64,000 nt of DNA, taken from positions 169,248,689-169,312,688 of the forward strand of contig NC_058133.1 of assembly GCF_016433145.1 (NCBI RefSeq). The letters are read 5' to 3'. Source of the stretch: Gracilinanus agilis. Taxonomy: Eukaryota. Shown piece after piece: positions 50,090-60,823 of this stretch. Under the pieces are notes generated by a model that was not told the origin of the DNA, ran no database searches, and worked only from the letters and a program-made list of their open reading frames with translations. The first letter of the stretch is position 1, and every line of letters begins with the position of its first letter. The position numbers were made by a program, and so were the translations under genes.

Positions 50090-50760
50090 AAACTTTTGCT
50101 GCGGTTTCTGCCACGCTTTCACCCAGGATGGGCCCCTCCCTCTCTCCTCGCTTCTACCCTCCCCACAGCGCGCGCCGAGGCCCCGCCTCTTGACCGCCTA
50201 TTGGCTGTTACGAGCCGGGGCGTGGCCGGTGGTTGAGCGGGATCCCGGGCCGCCATGAGGAGGCTTGGAGTCCGAAGGGATGGCGGCTTGAGGCCCCCCT
50301 TGGGGCTATCCCTGCCCCTGAAGCTGCCGCTGCCCCCGCCGCTGCCGCTGCTGCTGCTGCTACTGCTGCTGCTGAACTTGCTTGGCTCCTGGGCCAACAA
50401 GCTCAATGTGCCGAAGGTGCTGCTGCCCTTCGGTCGCGAGCCCGGCCGGGTGCCCTTCCTGCTGGAGGCCGAACGGGGTTGCTACATTTGGTGAGGGGCC
50501 CCTGCCCCAGGCCTTTGGGCCTTGGGGGGCTATCCCCAGGGGCACATTGGGTCACCCCGAGCGCGGTGGCCCCACAAACGAACGGAAAGCTACCTGAGTG
50601 CGATGGCGCACCCTGCTTTGGGGAAGGGAGGCGCCCTTCCATAGTACAGACCGCCATTCACCCCACGGATGGCCCCCTGGGCGGGGACGAGGTGGGGAGG
50701 AGACTGGGCCGAGGGCGTCCCATACCTTTGGAAGCGGGTTTGGGTGGGAACAACACTTAA
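50090..50760. promoter_or_regulatory. CpG island / NUP210L promoter
   Basis: CpG-rich; GC box ccccgcct at about 50181; inverted CCAAT (ATTGG 50200-50204) just upstream of the ATG. Confidence 0.75.
50255..50490 (+). CDS. NUP210L: NUP210L exon 1 (signal peptide)
   Basis: gccgccATG; poly-Leu h-region then ANKLNVPKVLLPFGREPGRVPFLLEAERGCYI(W)|gtgag; matches recalled NUP210L; downstream of TPM3 as in human. Confidence 0.93.
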
Positions 50761-51922
50761 TGGGATGTGAACTACCTCCTCCCCTCTCCCGTACCTCGTT
50801 CCTTGGTGCCCCTGGAGAGCATAGTGCCCATAGGAGCACATGGGTCACCTGGGCTTTTCTCGAATTAGATAAAGATAACCCTAGAAAATGAACATAATTA
50901 TCACACCACCACCAAAATTGAAAGGTCCACAGAGGGGTAGGTACCTATCTCTTAGGTTTCCTAGCTTTGTTCAGGAAGTATAAGACCCATCTTAGAAGCA
51001 AATAGAGCTTTAGCCTGGAGTCAGGAAGGTTCAAATGCAGTGTCAGATGTTACCTATGTGACTCTGGGCAAATCACTTGACATCTGTTTGCCTTCATTCA
51101 TTGGAAAAGGAAATGGCAAACCCTTAACAGTATCTTTGCCAAGAAAACCAACCAGTATTGGCAGTGCTGTAGTCAGAGGATCACAAAAAATTGGACATAA
51201 CAAGGATTCATCCTAGAAAATGAACTCAATTACCACCTCCACTTCCACCCAAGTAAAAGTACTATGGGCACAGGTGGTTATAGGCCAAATGTGCTTTCCT
51301 AGTTTTAGAGAAGGGTAGGACCTATCCTAGAAAATGAGTTTCTTCACAATCTCCACCCATCAGGAATGTGAAAGATCTATAAGAGCAAGTAGGAGACTTA
51401 GCTTTGGCTGGTTGGCGTGAGCTCTTTCAGCCTTTGGGAGGAAAGAGGCCATTTCTAAAATGTAAGCACCCTTTCCTTCTTTTTTTATGAGACCTCTGCC
51501 CAGAGTCTGAAGAAATCTAGGACAGATATACAGAGAGGTTTAGTGACTCTTAGGTTGACAGGATGCAAGAGTATTTGGCTTTTTAGCTTATTAAGTGTTT
51601 GGTTAGGTGACCCCCATCCTGGACTTGAAGGATCCCAGCTTCTTTGAGAGGACAATCTCCTTGAAAATAAAAACTGAGTTTAATTTTACAGATTTAGGGG
51701 AAGATTAGCCTTTACTAAAGAGATTTTTGGCAAGGGACCTTTTGGAAAAAAAGCCTGCTGAAGTCTTCCATTATAGTTTGTACCCTTAGAAAGTGAATAC
51801 TCTTCGTTAGTTACTAATACATGGTTACTTTATGAATTTGAAAAGGACAGATTATTTTTTCTGGGAAAAAGAAATTTTCCATTAGTTCATTCTTTCATAC
51901 GCCAAGTACTTTGTTCTGGCAG

Positions 51923-52059
51923 GCATTCTACCCATCATGACGCAGTCACCGTTGAACCTCTATACGAAAATAGTACCTTTTGTTCCCAAAGAGCTATACT
52001 TATTGCTGAATCTACTCAACCAATACGCCTCAGCAGTGTTATTCTAGCCAGAGAAATAG
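51923..52059 (+). CDS. NUP210L: NUP210L exon 2
   Basis: cag|HSTHHDAVTVEPLYENSTFCSQRAILIAESTQPIRLSSVILAREI|gtagg; 137 nt. Confidence 0.95.
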
Positions 52060-52578
52060 GTAGGTTGAGAAAAAACAAGTTCAAATGGAACTGGGATTTT
52101 ATCATCCAAGGACATTCACATATGGTCATTTTTGCTATCCTAAAGTAAGAAGACTAAGTAAAGGATTTTTTAAACCAGAGGTGCAACACCCCCTTTAATC
52201 TGGAAAGGCAAGTATGGTATAGAACAAATGTGTACAGGAGGATGACAAGAGAGGGTGGATGAGCCCAGCTCTGGACCCAGATCACTTCAATTCTCTTGTA
52301 ACTTCTTCCTATCCTTCTCTTATTCCTATTCATGTTTTAAGCACCTTTCTACCCAGGTTGAGTGCCATGGTTAGGATTGGTGGTTAACAATAAGGAATCC
52401 TTGTGTTCAAGGGAGAATTTATGTGAAATGTCTAATCTGAGGACCAGACCAAGTAAGGAGACCAAGCCAAAAGGGGAACAACGGATTAGAAAAATTTTGT
52501 TCAACAACTAGGTTCAAGTCTTTGGTATGTGCTAATGCTAAGTACCGGAAATAATTAGGCAGTGATGGGCTTTCCCTC

Positions 52579-52643
<65 letters not shown>
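52579..52643. repeat. (GA)n microsatellite
   Basis: About 30 GA units. Confidence 0.95.
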
Positions 52644-52644
<1 letters not shown>

Positions 52645-54244
52645 TAAGTGTGTGTTGTGGCTACCATAATAAAATAGACAAATGAGGGTGGTACAAGGAA
52701 AATTATGAAGAAAGTACTAAAACTGAGAACTGGGAAACAATTTATTGGGGACATAGAGTGTGAGCTAAATCTTAAAGGGCCAGGATTGTGTAAAGCAGAG
52801 ATGAGGAGAGAATACATTCCGGATAGGAGGACTAGCATATGCTATTTGGAGTCAGGAGATAAGTTGTCCTCTTTTATCAGCTTTCAGAATGTGTGTGCAG
52901 AGGAGATGTATAAAGTGAGGTGGAGCCAGGCTGATGATTGTGATCTTAAATTTTAGATGCTGAGGTTTCAGAAATACTCCTTGATTCATGCCTTTTTTAG
53001 TGACTCTCCTTCACACTGTTTCTGCTGCTTGATTTGAAGTCTTGAAGCCAAATTGTAGAGAATGTTAAATGCTAGGCTAGAGAGCTTGTATTTTATTCTA
53101 TAGGCAGTGTGAGTGACCTGGTTAGACCTTAGAAAAATTATTTTGGCAGCTGTGTGAAAGATGGATTGGATGAGGGGGAAAGTTTGAAAGTAGAGAAGCC
53201 AGTTAGAAGGCTGTTAAAGTAATCCAGAAGAGAAGCGATAAGGACCTGAAATAAATTGGTAGATTATGAGCAGAGAGAATAATTATTATTATCATAATTA
53301 TTGCAGCTAGCATTTATATAGCGCTTTAAGGTTTACCAAGTGCCTAATATATGTTTAGTTTTTTTTTTGATGCTCACAACTGTGGTGGGTGAAAGATAAA
53401 ATGACTGAGGAAACAAAGATTCCAGCTTCCTAGCATTTAGACTTATGAAGCAATATATGCCAATTGCCTAACAAATTGAGACCAGGCCCCTTCCTCAGTT
53501 TAGGGCTGGACCTGAATACAGAGGGATAGATTTTTATACATTAAAAACAACCAAATCAGACCAAATAATTAAAAGAAAACAATTAACTAACATATAGAAT
53601 TAGATATAATCTAATTTGTAATTGAAGGAAAGATTAGAGACTTTTGAATCTGAAGAGAAAATGAACAAATACGGATTCCTTGAATTCAGAAAAAAGAAGA
53701 ATCCTATTCTCTCCCAAGTATGTATAAGCAATCAAAGGAGTATGAAAACAATAACTGGTTGATCAGTATGGGGCCAGTTTTCAGATCAGTCTTTGGGTCT
53801 CAATGTAGTTCCAGTCAGCATAACCTAGGTGTTTAATTAAGCAGCTGCTAGAAGTGGTCCAGCTTCCCAGACTGGACTAGACTGTATCAAACAATACAAT
53901 AAGATTTTCTTCTAATTCCCACAATTGAATAAAAATTTCTCACAAAACAGAAGTTGGACTAGACCCATAATTGAATGGAAAGGGAACTGAGCTAGCTCCA
54001 GAACTGAGTCACAAGATGGAGTCACTGTGGTTCACTCAATTCTCACAATTAACCATTCTAATTCTAATCCCCTCAGTTTCCTCACAATGTAACCCTGAGA
54101 AGTATGTCTTATTAATATTCTCATCCCTGTTTTACAGATGAGAAACTGAAGCTGAAACATTAAGTGATCAGGAGGATCATATGAGGTCTGAGTCAGGATT
54201 CAAGCTCAGATCTTCCTCACTCCTCTGCACAGCCCTCAATCCAG

Positions 54245-55190
54245 TCATTCAGTTAACTAACATTTATTAAATGCTTGTTATGTGCCAGGCACAGTGTTAA
54301 GCACTGAGTTGTAAATACAAATAAAAGGAAAACACAATCCTAGTTCTCAAGGAATTGAGAGGAGACAACATGCAAACAACTATATGCTCAGACAAGATAT
54401 GAATCCAAAATTGTAGGTAATCTGAAAGGAAGGGCACTAAGACCAAGGAAGAAATGGTAAGGCTTCTTGCAAAAGATGGGGCTTTAGTTGAAGCACAAAG
54501 CCCAGAAATGAAGAACTTTCTAGTCATGGGGGATAGCATGTTGTGTGGTAGGAAATGCCAAGAGGCTGCTGGGTCACAGAGATGTGAAAGAGAATAAAAT
54601 GTGTTATATTCAATAATCTGGGAAGAGATGGATGCCACCTTTACTGACAGGGATGACAGTTGAGATTAGTGAATATAACATGTTGATGTTGAAGATAGTA
54701 AGATTGAAATGGCAGTATGGATCGATTATAGGCAGGTTATGAAGGGCTTTGAAACCAAACAGGATTTTATATTTAATCTAGAAATAATAGAGAGCCACTG
54801 GTGTTTATTTAGCAAAGTTCTATGCTTAGATCTGCATTTTAGGAAGAGCAGTTGAATAGTTGAGTAGAGGTTGGATTTGAATGGGGAAGAGACTTCTGGC
54901 AGACTCACCAACAGGCTATTGTCATGCTCTAGGCTTGAGGTGATGAGGGCCTATAATAGGGTGATTCAATGTCAAAGGAGAGAAGGGAGAGTATATGAGA
55001 GAGGTTATGAAGGTAGAAACAATGACTGATATGATTTGGGAGGGATGAAAGGGATTGAGGAATTTTGAGGATTAAACCACATTTGTAAATTGGAGAGACT
55101 GAGATTACATTGATACCTTTTATAGCAATAGGGAATTGATGAAAAAGGAAGGGTTTTGGAGGAAAGATAATAAGTTTTGTTTTGAACATA
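54245..55190 (-). mobile_element. L2 LINE 3' fragment
   Basis: aacatttattaaatgcttgttatgtgccaggcac is the reverse complement of the L2 3' terminus, followed by decayed purine-rich antisense body. Confidence 0.65.
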
Positions 55191-55199
55191 ATTGTTAAC

Positions 55200-55432
55200 A
55201 ATAACAATAGCTTAGCACTTATATAGTGTCTACTATGTGCCAGGCACCTTGCTAAGGGCTTTATAAATTTCTTATTTGCTCCCCACAATAACTCTGGGAG
55301 GTAGTAGCTATTATTTTCTCCATTTTACAGTTGAAGAAACTGAGGCAAACAGGTTTAATGACTTGCCCAAGGTCACATAACTAGTATCTAAGGTTGGTTT
55401 TGAATTCTGATCTTCCTGACTCTAGGCTTAGT
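55200..55432 (-). mobile_element. MIR-type core SINE
   Basis: ctccattttacagttgaagaaactgaggcaaacagg...tgacttgcccaaggtcaca...tttgaattc. Confidence 0.75.
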
Positions 55433-56907
55433 GCTCTTCCTCTTTTCTCTCTTGCTGCCCTCATGTTGAGTCTTAACTAAATTTAAGATTCTATTGAACA
55501 TCCAGTTCAAGATGTCTGAAAGGCGGTTGGAGTTGTAAGAATGGAGGTGGAAAGAAATCTGAGCCTGAGCCATTTGTATACAGATAATTGAAACCATGGA
55601 AGCTGAAGAGATCACTAAGTAAAATAATACAGGGAAGAAAAAAAGAGCCCAGGAGAGAACCATGAGTATCCATTGCTCCAACTAGCTACTGAAACTATAT
55701 TGTCTCACTTCAGAAGGAGAAAGAAATATGGAGGTAGGAACACAACTTGGCAACTGATTAGATATGGAGAGAGAAGGGAGAATTAGATATATATAGAGAA
55801 GAGAGAATCAAGGATAACTGAGGTTAGGAATCTGGATGTCTAGGAGAGGATAATTTTGAAGGGGTAAGTTAAGTGAGAGAAGCTGAGTTTTGTTCCAGAG
55901 ATATCACTTTGGAGATTTCCCTCAGACTATGGACAATTAACTGGCATTGAAGTTTAGGAGTTAGCACCTAAGAGTATTGCCTCAAATTTGATGCAGAAAA
56001 CATTTTTATTTAGTGGAATGGTCAAGAGATGAGGACTAAGTATACAGATTTGAGTCATCTTTTAGAGGTGGTACTTGATCGCATGGGAGCAAGTAAGCTC
56101 TCCAAGATAGAAAAAAAGAGGGTATAGAATAGAAAATGAATGATGATCTAACAAAGGAAGGAACTTGAAAAGGAGAACCAAGAAAGAATAGGATCACAGA
56201 AAGCAATCGAAAGGACAGAAAGAATGTCCAGGAAGAGATGAGTTCCTTAAAGGCAGTTTCTTTTTTGTCTTTCTATCTCCATTACTTAATAGGACCTTTC
56301 AACTAATTCTTCACAGATACTTGAGGAATTGAATTAGAATGAGAACAGGGTAATTAGAAGTATCAGAAGCTGCATAGGAGTCATGAAGGATGAGGACTTC
56401 CAAACAGCCCTTGGAATGAGCAGTGTTGGTAGCCCCAGGAGAGCAGTTTCATTGGAGCAATAGGGGTTGCAAGCCCAACTGCAACTAACTGAGAGGGTAG
56501 TGAGTGGCAAGGAGGTGTTTAAATAGACCTCAGAGAACTAGAGAAGAAACATGGGGTGATAGATTGAGAAGAGAGGGTGGTATGGTGGCAGAAGTTTTTA
56601 AGAGGTTGAAGATGAGGGGAAGAGAGAAATAATGGGGATCCTCAAAGAGATGGAAGGGAATGGGAATAAGAACATGGCTGTCTTGGCAAGGAGAAGAGCC
56701 ACATCTTTGTTATAAACAAGGACAATAGAGGAGATGAGTATAGGGAGAAGGAAGATTTGAGAACTGCTGTAACAAGTTGGAGAATGCCTGGTAGGTGTCC
56801 TCAGTTTTTCTTAATAAAGTAAGAAATAAATATATCTTCTAAGGAGGTAGGGCTTAGGGATTTGAAGAAATGCCTTTGGAATGCCCAATGAGGGGAATGG
56901 TATAGAG

Positions 56908-57083
56908 CAGTGGTTCCCAAACTTTTTTGACCTACCGTTCCCTTTCCAGAAAAAAATATTACTTAGCTCCCCCATCACATACTATCACTGCCCCCTTACA
57001 ATTATTCACTGCCCCTAAATGCACCTGTGGCCATCACTGCAGAACCCACCAGAGGGCGCTGGCGCCCACTTTGGGAATCACTG
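56908..57083. mobile_element. hAT/Charlie-type MITE, 176 bp
   Basis: TIR cagtggttcccaaa / tttgggaatcactg (13 of 14 match); perfect 8-bp TSD gtatagag at 56900-56907 and 57084-57091. Confidence 0.92.
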
Positions 57084-57717
57084 GTATAGAGTTACAAAGA
57101 GTTTCAGAATTGGAAAGGATCTCAAAAACAATATACCTGTACCTTAAAAGCTTTAACGTTAAGACAACTTGTACCTTAACCCCTCTTTTAGCAGACTAGT
57201 CCAGTGGTCATCTAGATTTTGCTTTAAGGGCTTCCAGGAAACCTATCCACTTTGACATCATTTAGGAAGTTGTTTCTTTCTTCAAAGCTAAATTTACCTC
57301 TTTGTAAACTCTACCTATTGCTTTTAGTTCTATCCTCTTGGGTCAAAGTAAAAAAAGTACATTCTTTTTTTTCCAGGTGATAACCCTTCAAATATTTGAA
57401 ATTTACCCCTTTTCCCTTTTCTGAACTTCCCTATTTCTGTTGAGGGTAATACCAACCTTGCAGGCTCCCACATTTACAGCTTCAGAACCATTCTTATCTA
57501 ATCACTTTTCCTTAGCCTACATATCTGATCAGTTGCCAGAACTTAAAAATTTGAGCACTATAAGATCTTTCCCCCTAGTTTTCTCATTATTCATATGACT
57601 GCTACCTTGTTTCAGACCCTCATCAGTAATTCTCCAAGCTTTTTTAGTCATGTACCTTAATGGTAAAATTTTTTTCAGCATGCACCCTTGGTATGTGTAT
57701 ATTTCTTTATTTCTTTT

Positions 57718-57918
57718 TTTTTTTTAAAACCCTTACCTTCCGTCTTGGAGTCAATATTGAGTATTGGTTCCAAGGCAGAAGAGTGGTAAGGGTAGGCAAT
57801 GGGGGTCAAGTGACTTGCCCAGGGTCACACAGCTGGGAAGTGTCTGAGGCCAGATTTGAACCTAGGACCTCCCGTCTCCAGGCCTGGCTCTCAATCCACT
57901 GAGCTACCCAGCTGCCCC
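57718..57918 (-). mobile_element. SINE1-like element, young
   Basis: Reverse complement of the full consensus with a T-tail. Confidence 0.9.
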
Positions 57919-58388
57919 CTTGTATATTTATTTCTGATGTAAGTTATATAAATGTACTGGAGATGCAGCAGGGTGTAATGGTTAAAAAAGCTGGTCTCTG
58001 AGCCAGGAAGATCTGGGTTCAAGTACACTGCTTCTAATATCTACTAGCTGTGTGACCTCAAGGTGAGTAATTTCTCTGTGCTATAAGCAACTTTCTAAGA
58101 CTTTGAAGTTAATAGAGAAGGTGCTTACCTGCATTGGAAGGAATTTATTTATGTAGAATTTTTTTATGCCAAAGAAATCACAGGTCTAGGCCCTGTGCCA
58201 TTGCCTATGCATGTATTACCATGTATTTAGGAATAATCGTATACATTGTAGTGTACACACATAGAGTATGGGGCAATAGATGAAGAACTGGCCATGAAAT
58301 CAGAAAGACATGGGTTCGAGTTCTGCCTCTTGACACATACAGCTTGTTTGGCCATGGGCAAATCACTTAACTTCTTAGTGCTCTATCC

Positions 58389-58569
58389 CAGAGGTATCAC
58401 AAAAAATGTAGCCTGCTAGAACCAGATTAAAATGTAATTGGGAAATAGTTAACAAAATAAATAAATATATAGTCAAACATAGATTAATGTTTTTTAAAAA
58501 TCAATATGTGACTACAGAGATCCTCATGTACAGTTTAGTGTACATTTATATTTGAATTTGACACCACTG
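58389..58569. mobile_element. Older hAT-like MITE nested in a core SINE
   Basis: Imperfect TIR cagaggtatca / tgacaccactg (9 of 11); SINE sequence resumes on both sides. Confidence 0.55.
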
Positions 58570-59161
58570 TGCTAGACAACTCTTTAAGTTGCAAAGAGGA
58601 TACCAACCTCGTAGAAGTAGCTTCCATATGTAGGAGTTCCTGAGCTGGAATGAAGCTATAGTTCATAGTAGTTTAGGAAAACTACTTTTGAACGGGGCAT
58701 TCAGTGTTTATAGGGCTGTTTTATATTATATATAGAGAAGAATTGATATACATATAGATATATATCAGTCATTGTAGTTCAGGAGCTTGGTGGATTGAGC
58801 ATTCAGGNNNNNNNNNNNNNNNNNNNNNNNNNNNNNNNNNNNNNNNNNNNNNNNNNNNNNNNNNNNNNNNNNNNNNNNNNNNNNNNNNNNNNNNNNNNNN
58901 NNNNNNNNNNNNNNNNNNNNNNNNNNNNNNNNNNNNNNNNNNNNNNNNNNNNNNNNNNNNAAAAAAGCAAGTTAGAACAAAGATAAATTTTAATTTTTCA
59001 TAGTATTTACATATATATATACATATAAATGCCTGAATATCCAATAACAAAATGTTTAAATTATCATTTATGACCATGGTTTACCCTCTAATTTTTAACA
59101 TGTTGAGTCTGCTTATATACTGATATATATGCAGCACTTATGGACACAGGTATATATCTGA

Positions 59162-59487
59162 TGTAGCAACCCAGCCTCTATAAGAAGTTCTTGCATGGGT
59201 TTTAGTCACCTGTGGAAGGAAGCTAAAGACTAGGAAAGCAGTGGGTAAGGAGTTTAAGGACTAGAGAGGGTGAGACATGGGTTGAACAAGACAAGTTACA
59301 CAGAGAAAGAACTTCAGTGTCGTGTCAGCAGGCCAGCACAGAGAGAGAGAGTCTGACCCACTGCGCTGTTTTTTATAGAATTTTTCAGCATTGGGGATTT
59401 TCAGGATTTCAGTCAAACAAGTGAAACAACAAAAATATTAACATAATATTAGCGTCCAGTTACAAGATAAAGAAACAAGTAGCTACA
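59162..59487 (-). mobile_element. Possible solo LTR
   Basis: TG...CA ends with a 9-bp imperfect inverted repeat (tgtagcaac / gtagctaca) and a minus-strand ctataaaaaa box; no TSD visible. Confidence 0.35.
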
Positions 59488-59974
59488 CAATTGTATAGCC
59501 GGGGCCCAGGAAAGAAGCTTACTTGAAAGTCCTTCCTGACTTCAGTAAAACCTTCTATTTCTAATACTGGCCCAAATTTATTTAGATGTTAAGTATAAGT
59601 CTTTGACATTTCAAAGGACCTTTACAATTGTTTGCTAGCTTTCAGACTGCAGATAATAATAGAGATTTAATTTTTAAGTTCAATGAAATTTAAGTCCAAT
59701 CCATCTTAAGGATTTAGAAATCAATCATGAAATATTAGAAATATGTCCATAAATCTGGTCCATGAATACTTTGCTCATTAGAGTCAGCTTTTGAAAACAT
59801 CTTTAATATATTCATGATTTGTTATAACTGAAAGACTCATCTGAGTAGGTTACAGAAATGAAAAGAAAATAAGAACACAGATGCCTGTTTTTTTCCAAAA
59901 CTTTTTTTTACTGTTGAAATAAAAGTTTGTGAATTGTTAGGGAAAACAAATGTGTTAAGAAGTGATTATCTCTC

Positions 59975-60165
59975 TCTCTCTCTCTTCTATCTTAGAATCA
60001 ATACTGTGTGTTGGTTCCAAGGCAAAAGAGTGGTAAGGGCTGGCAATAGGGGTTAAGTGACTTGCCCAGGGTCACACAGCTAGGAAGTGTCTGAGGCCAG
60101 ATTCAAACCTAGGACCTCCTGTCTCTAGGCCTGGCTCTCAATCCATTGAGCCACCTAGTAACCCC
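59975..60165 (-). mobile_element. SINE1-like element
   Basis: Reverse-complement consensus preceded by a (TC)n tail. Confidence 0.85.
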
Positions 60166-60310
60166 AAGAAGTGATAACATTTAAAGATGGTGCCTGTTTT
60201 CAAAATAGAAAATCTATTTTGAAGTTAAATCTAAATTTACCTTAGTTCTAGATATCTTTCTAGTTTTGAATAAATATGCTTTTTATTAGCAAAAAATAGA
60301 TGTTATTTGA

Positions 60311-60348
<38 letters not shown>

Positions 60349-60525
60349 CATACACATATACACATACATGACTCAGTACTTAAACTTCTTGAGAAAGGAG
60401 AGGTGGAATCTGGAGGCTGATAAATCACATTAAAAAGGGGATCTGGACAAAATTTGTTGGGAGTGGAATGAACCTCCAAAGAAGGAGAGATTGCTGGTAA
60501 TAGTGGCAGAGAAAGAATTTGAAAA

Positions 60526-60823
60526 GCTGGGTATGGGGGCACATATAATTCTTGCCTAATGGTAAGGATATGATTGATAGATTGCTTAAACTCTGGCATT
60601 TTCTGAGATTCAGCAGGGCTAAAACCAATCTGATATCCACACTAAGTCTAGTACAATTATGGTGAACCTCTGGGAATGGGAACTGGTAGCTCCCCAAAAA
60701 AGAGTGAACTGGCCAAGATTAGAAGCAGAACATAAAACTTCTATGCAAGTCAGCTGTGTGATCTGACCAATGAGTAGCCCCTGTACTTCCAGCCTGGGAG
60801 AGGTAAGGAGACCCAATCTTCTC
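60526..60823 (+). pseudogene. Decayed full-length 7SL (SRP RNA) retrocopy / 7SL-derived element
   Basis: Colinear with recalled 7SL over about 298 nt: gctgggtatgggggcac, tccacactaagt, atggtgaacctc, gtgaactggcc, cctgtacttccagcctggg, gagaccc. Many differences fall at CpG sites; A-rich tail follows. Confidence 0.8.

Noticed and set aside
50119-50891. Poly-Ala, poly-Ser and poly-Gln ORFs overlapping NUP210L exon 1
   Set aside because: Alternative frames and strands of the CTG repeat in a GC-rich island; the poly-Leu frame is the one continuous with NUP210L.
58769-59077. ORFs spanning the N run
   Set aside because: Artefact of the assembly gap at 58808-58960.
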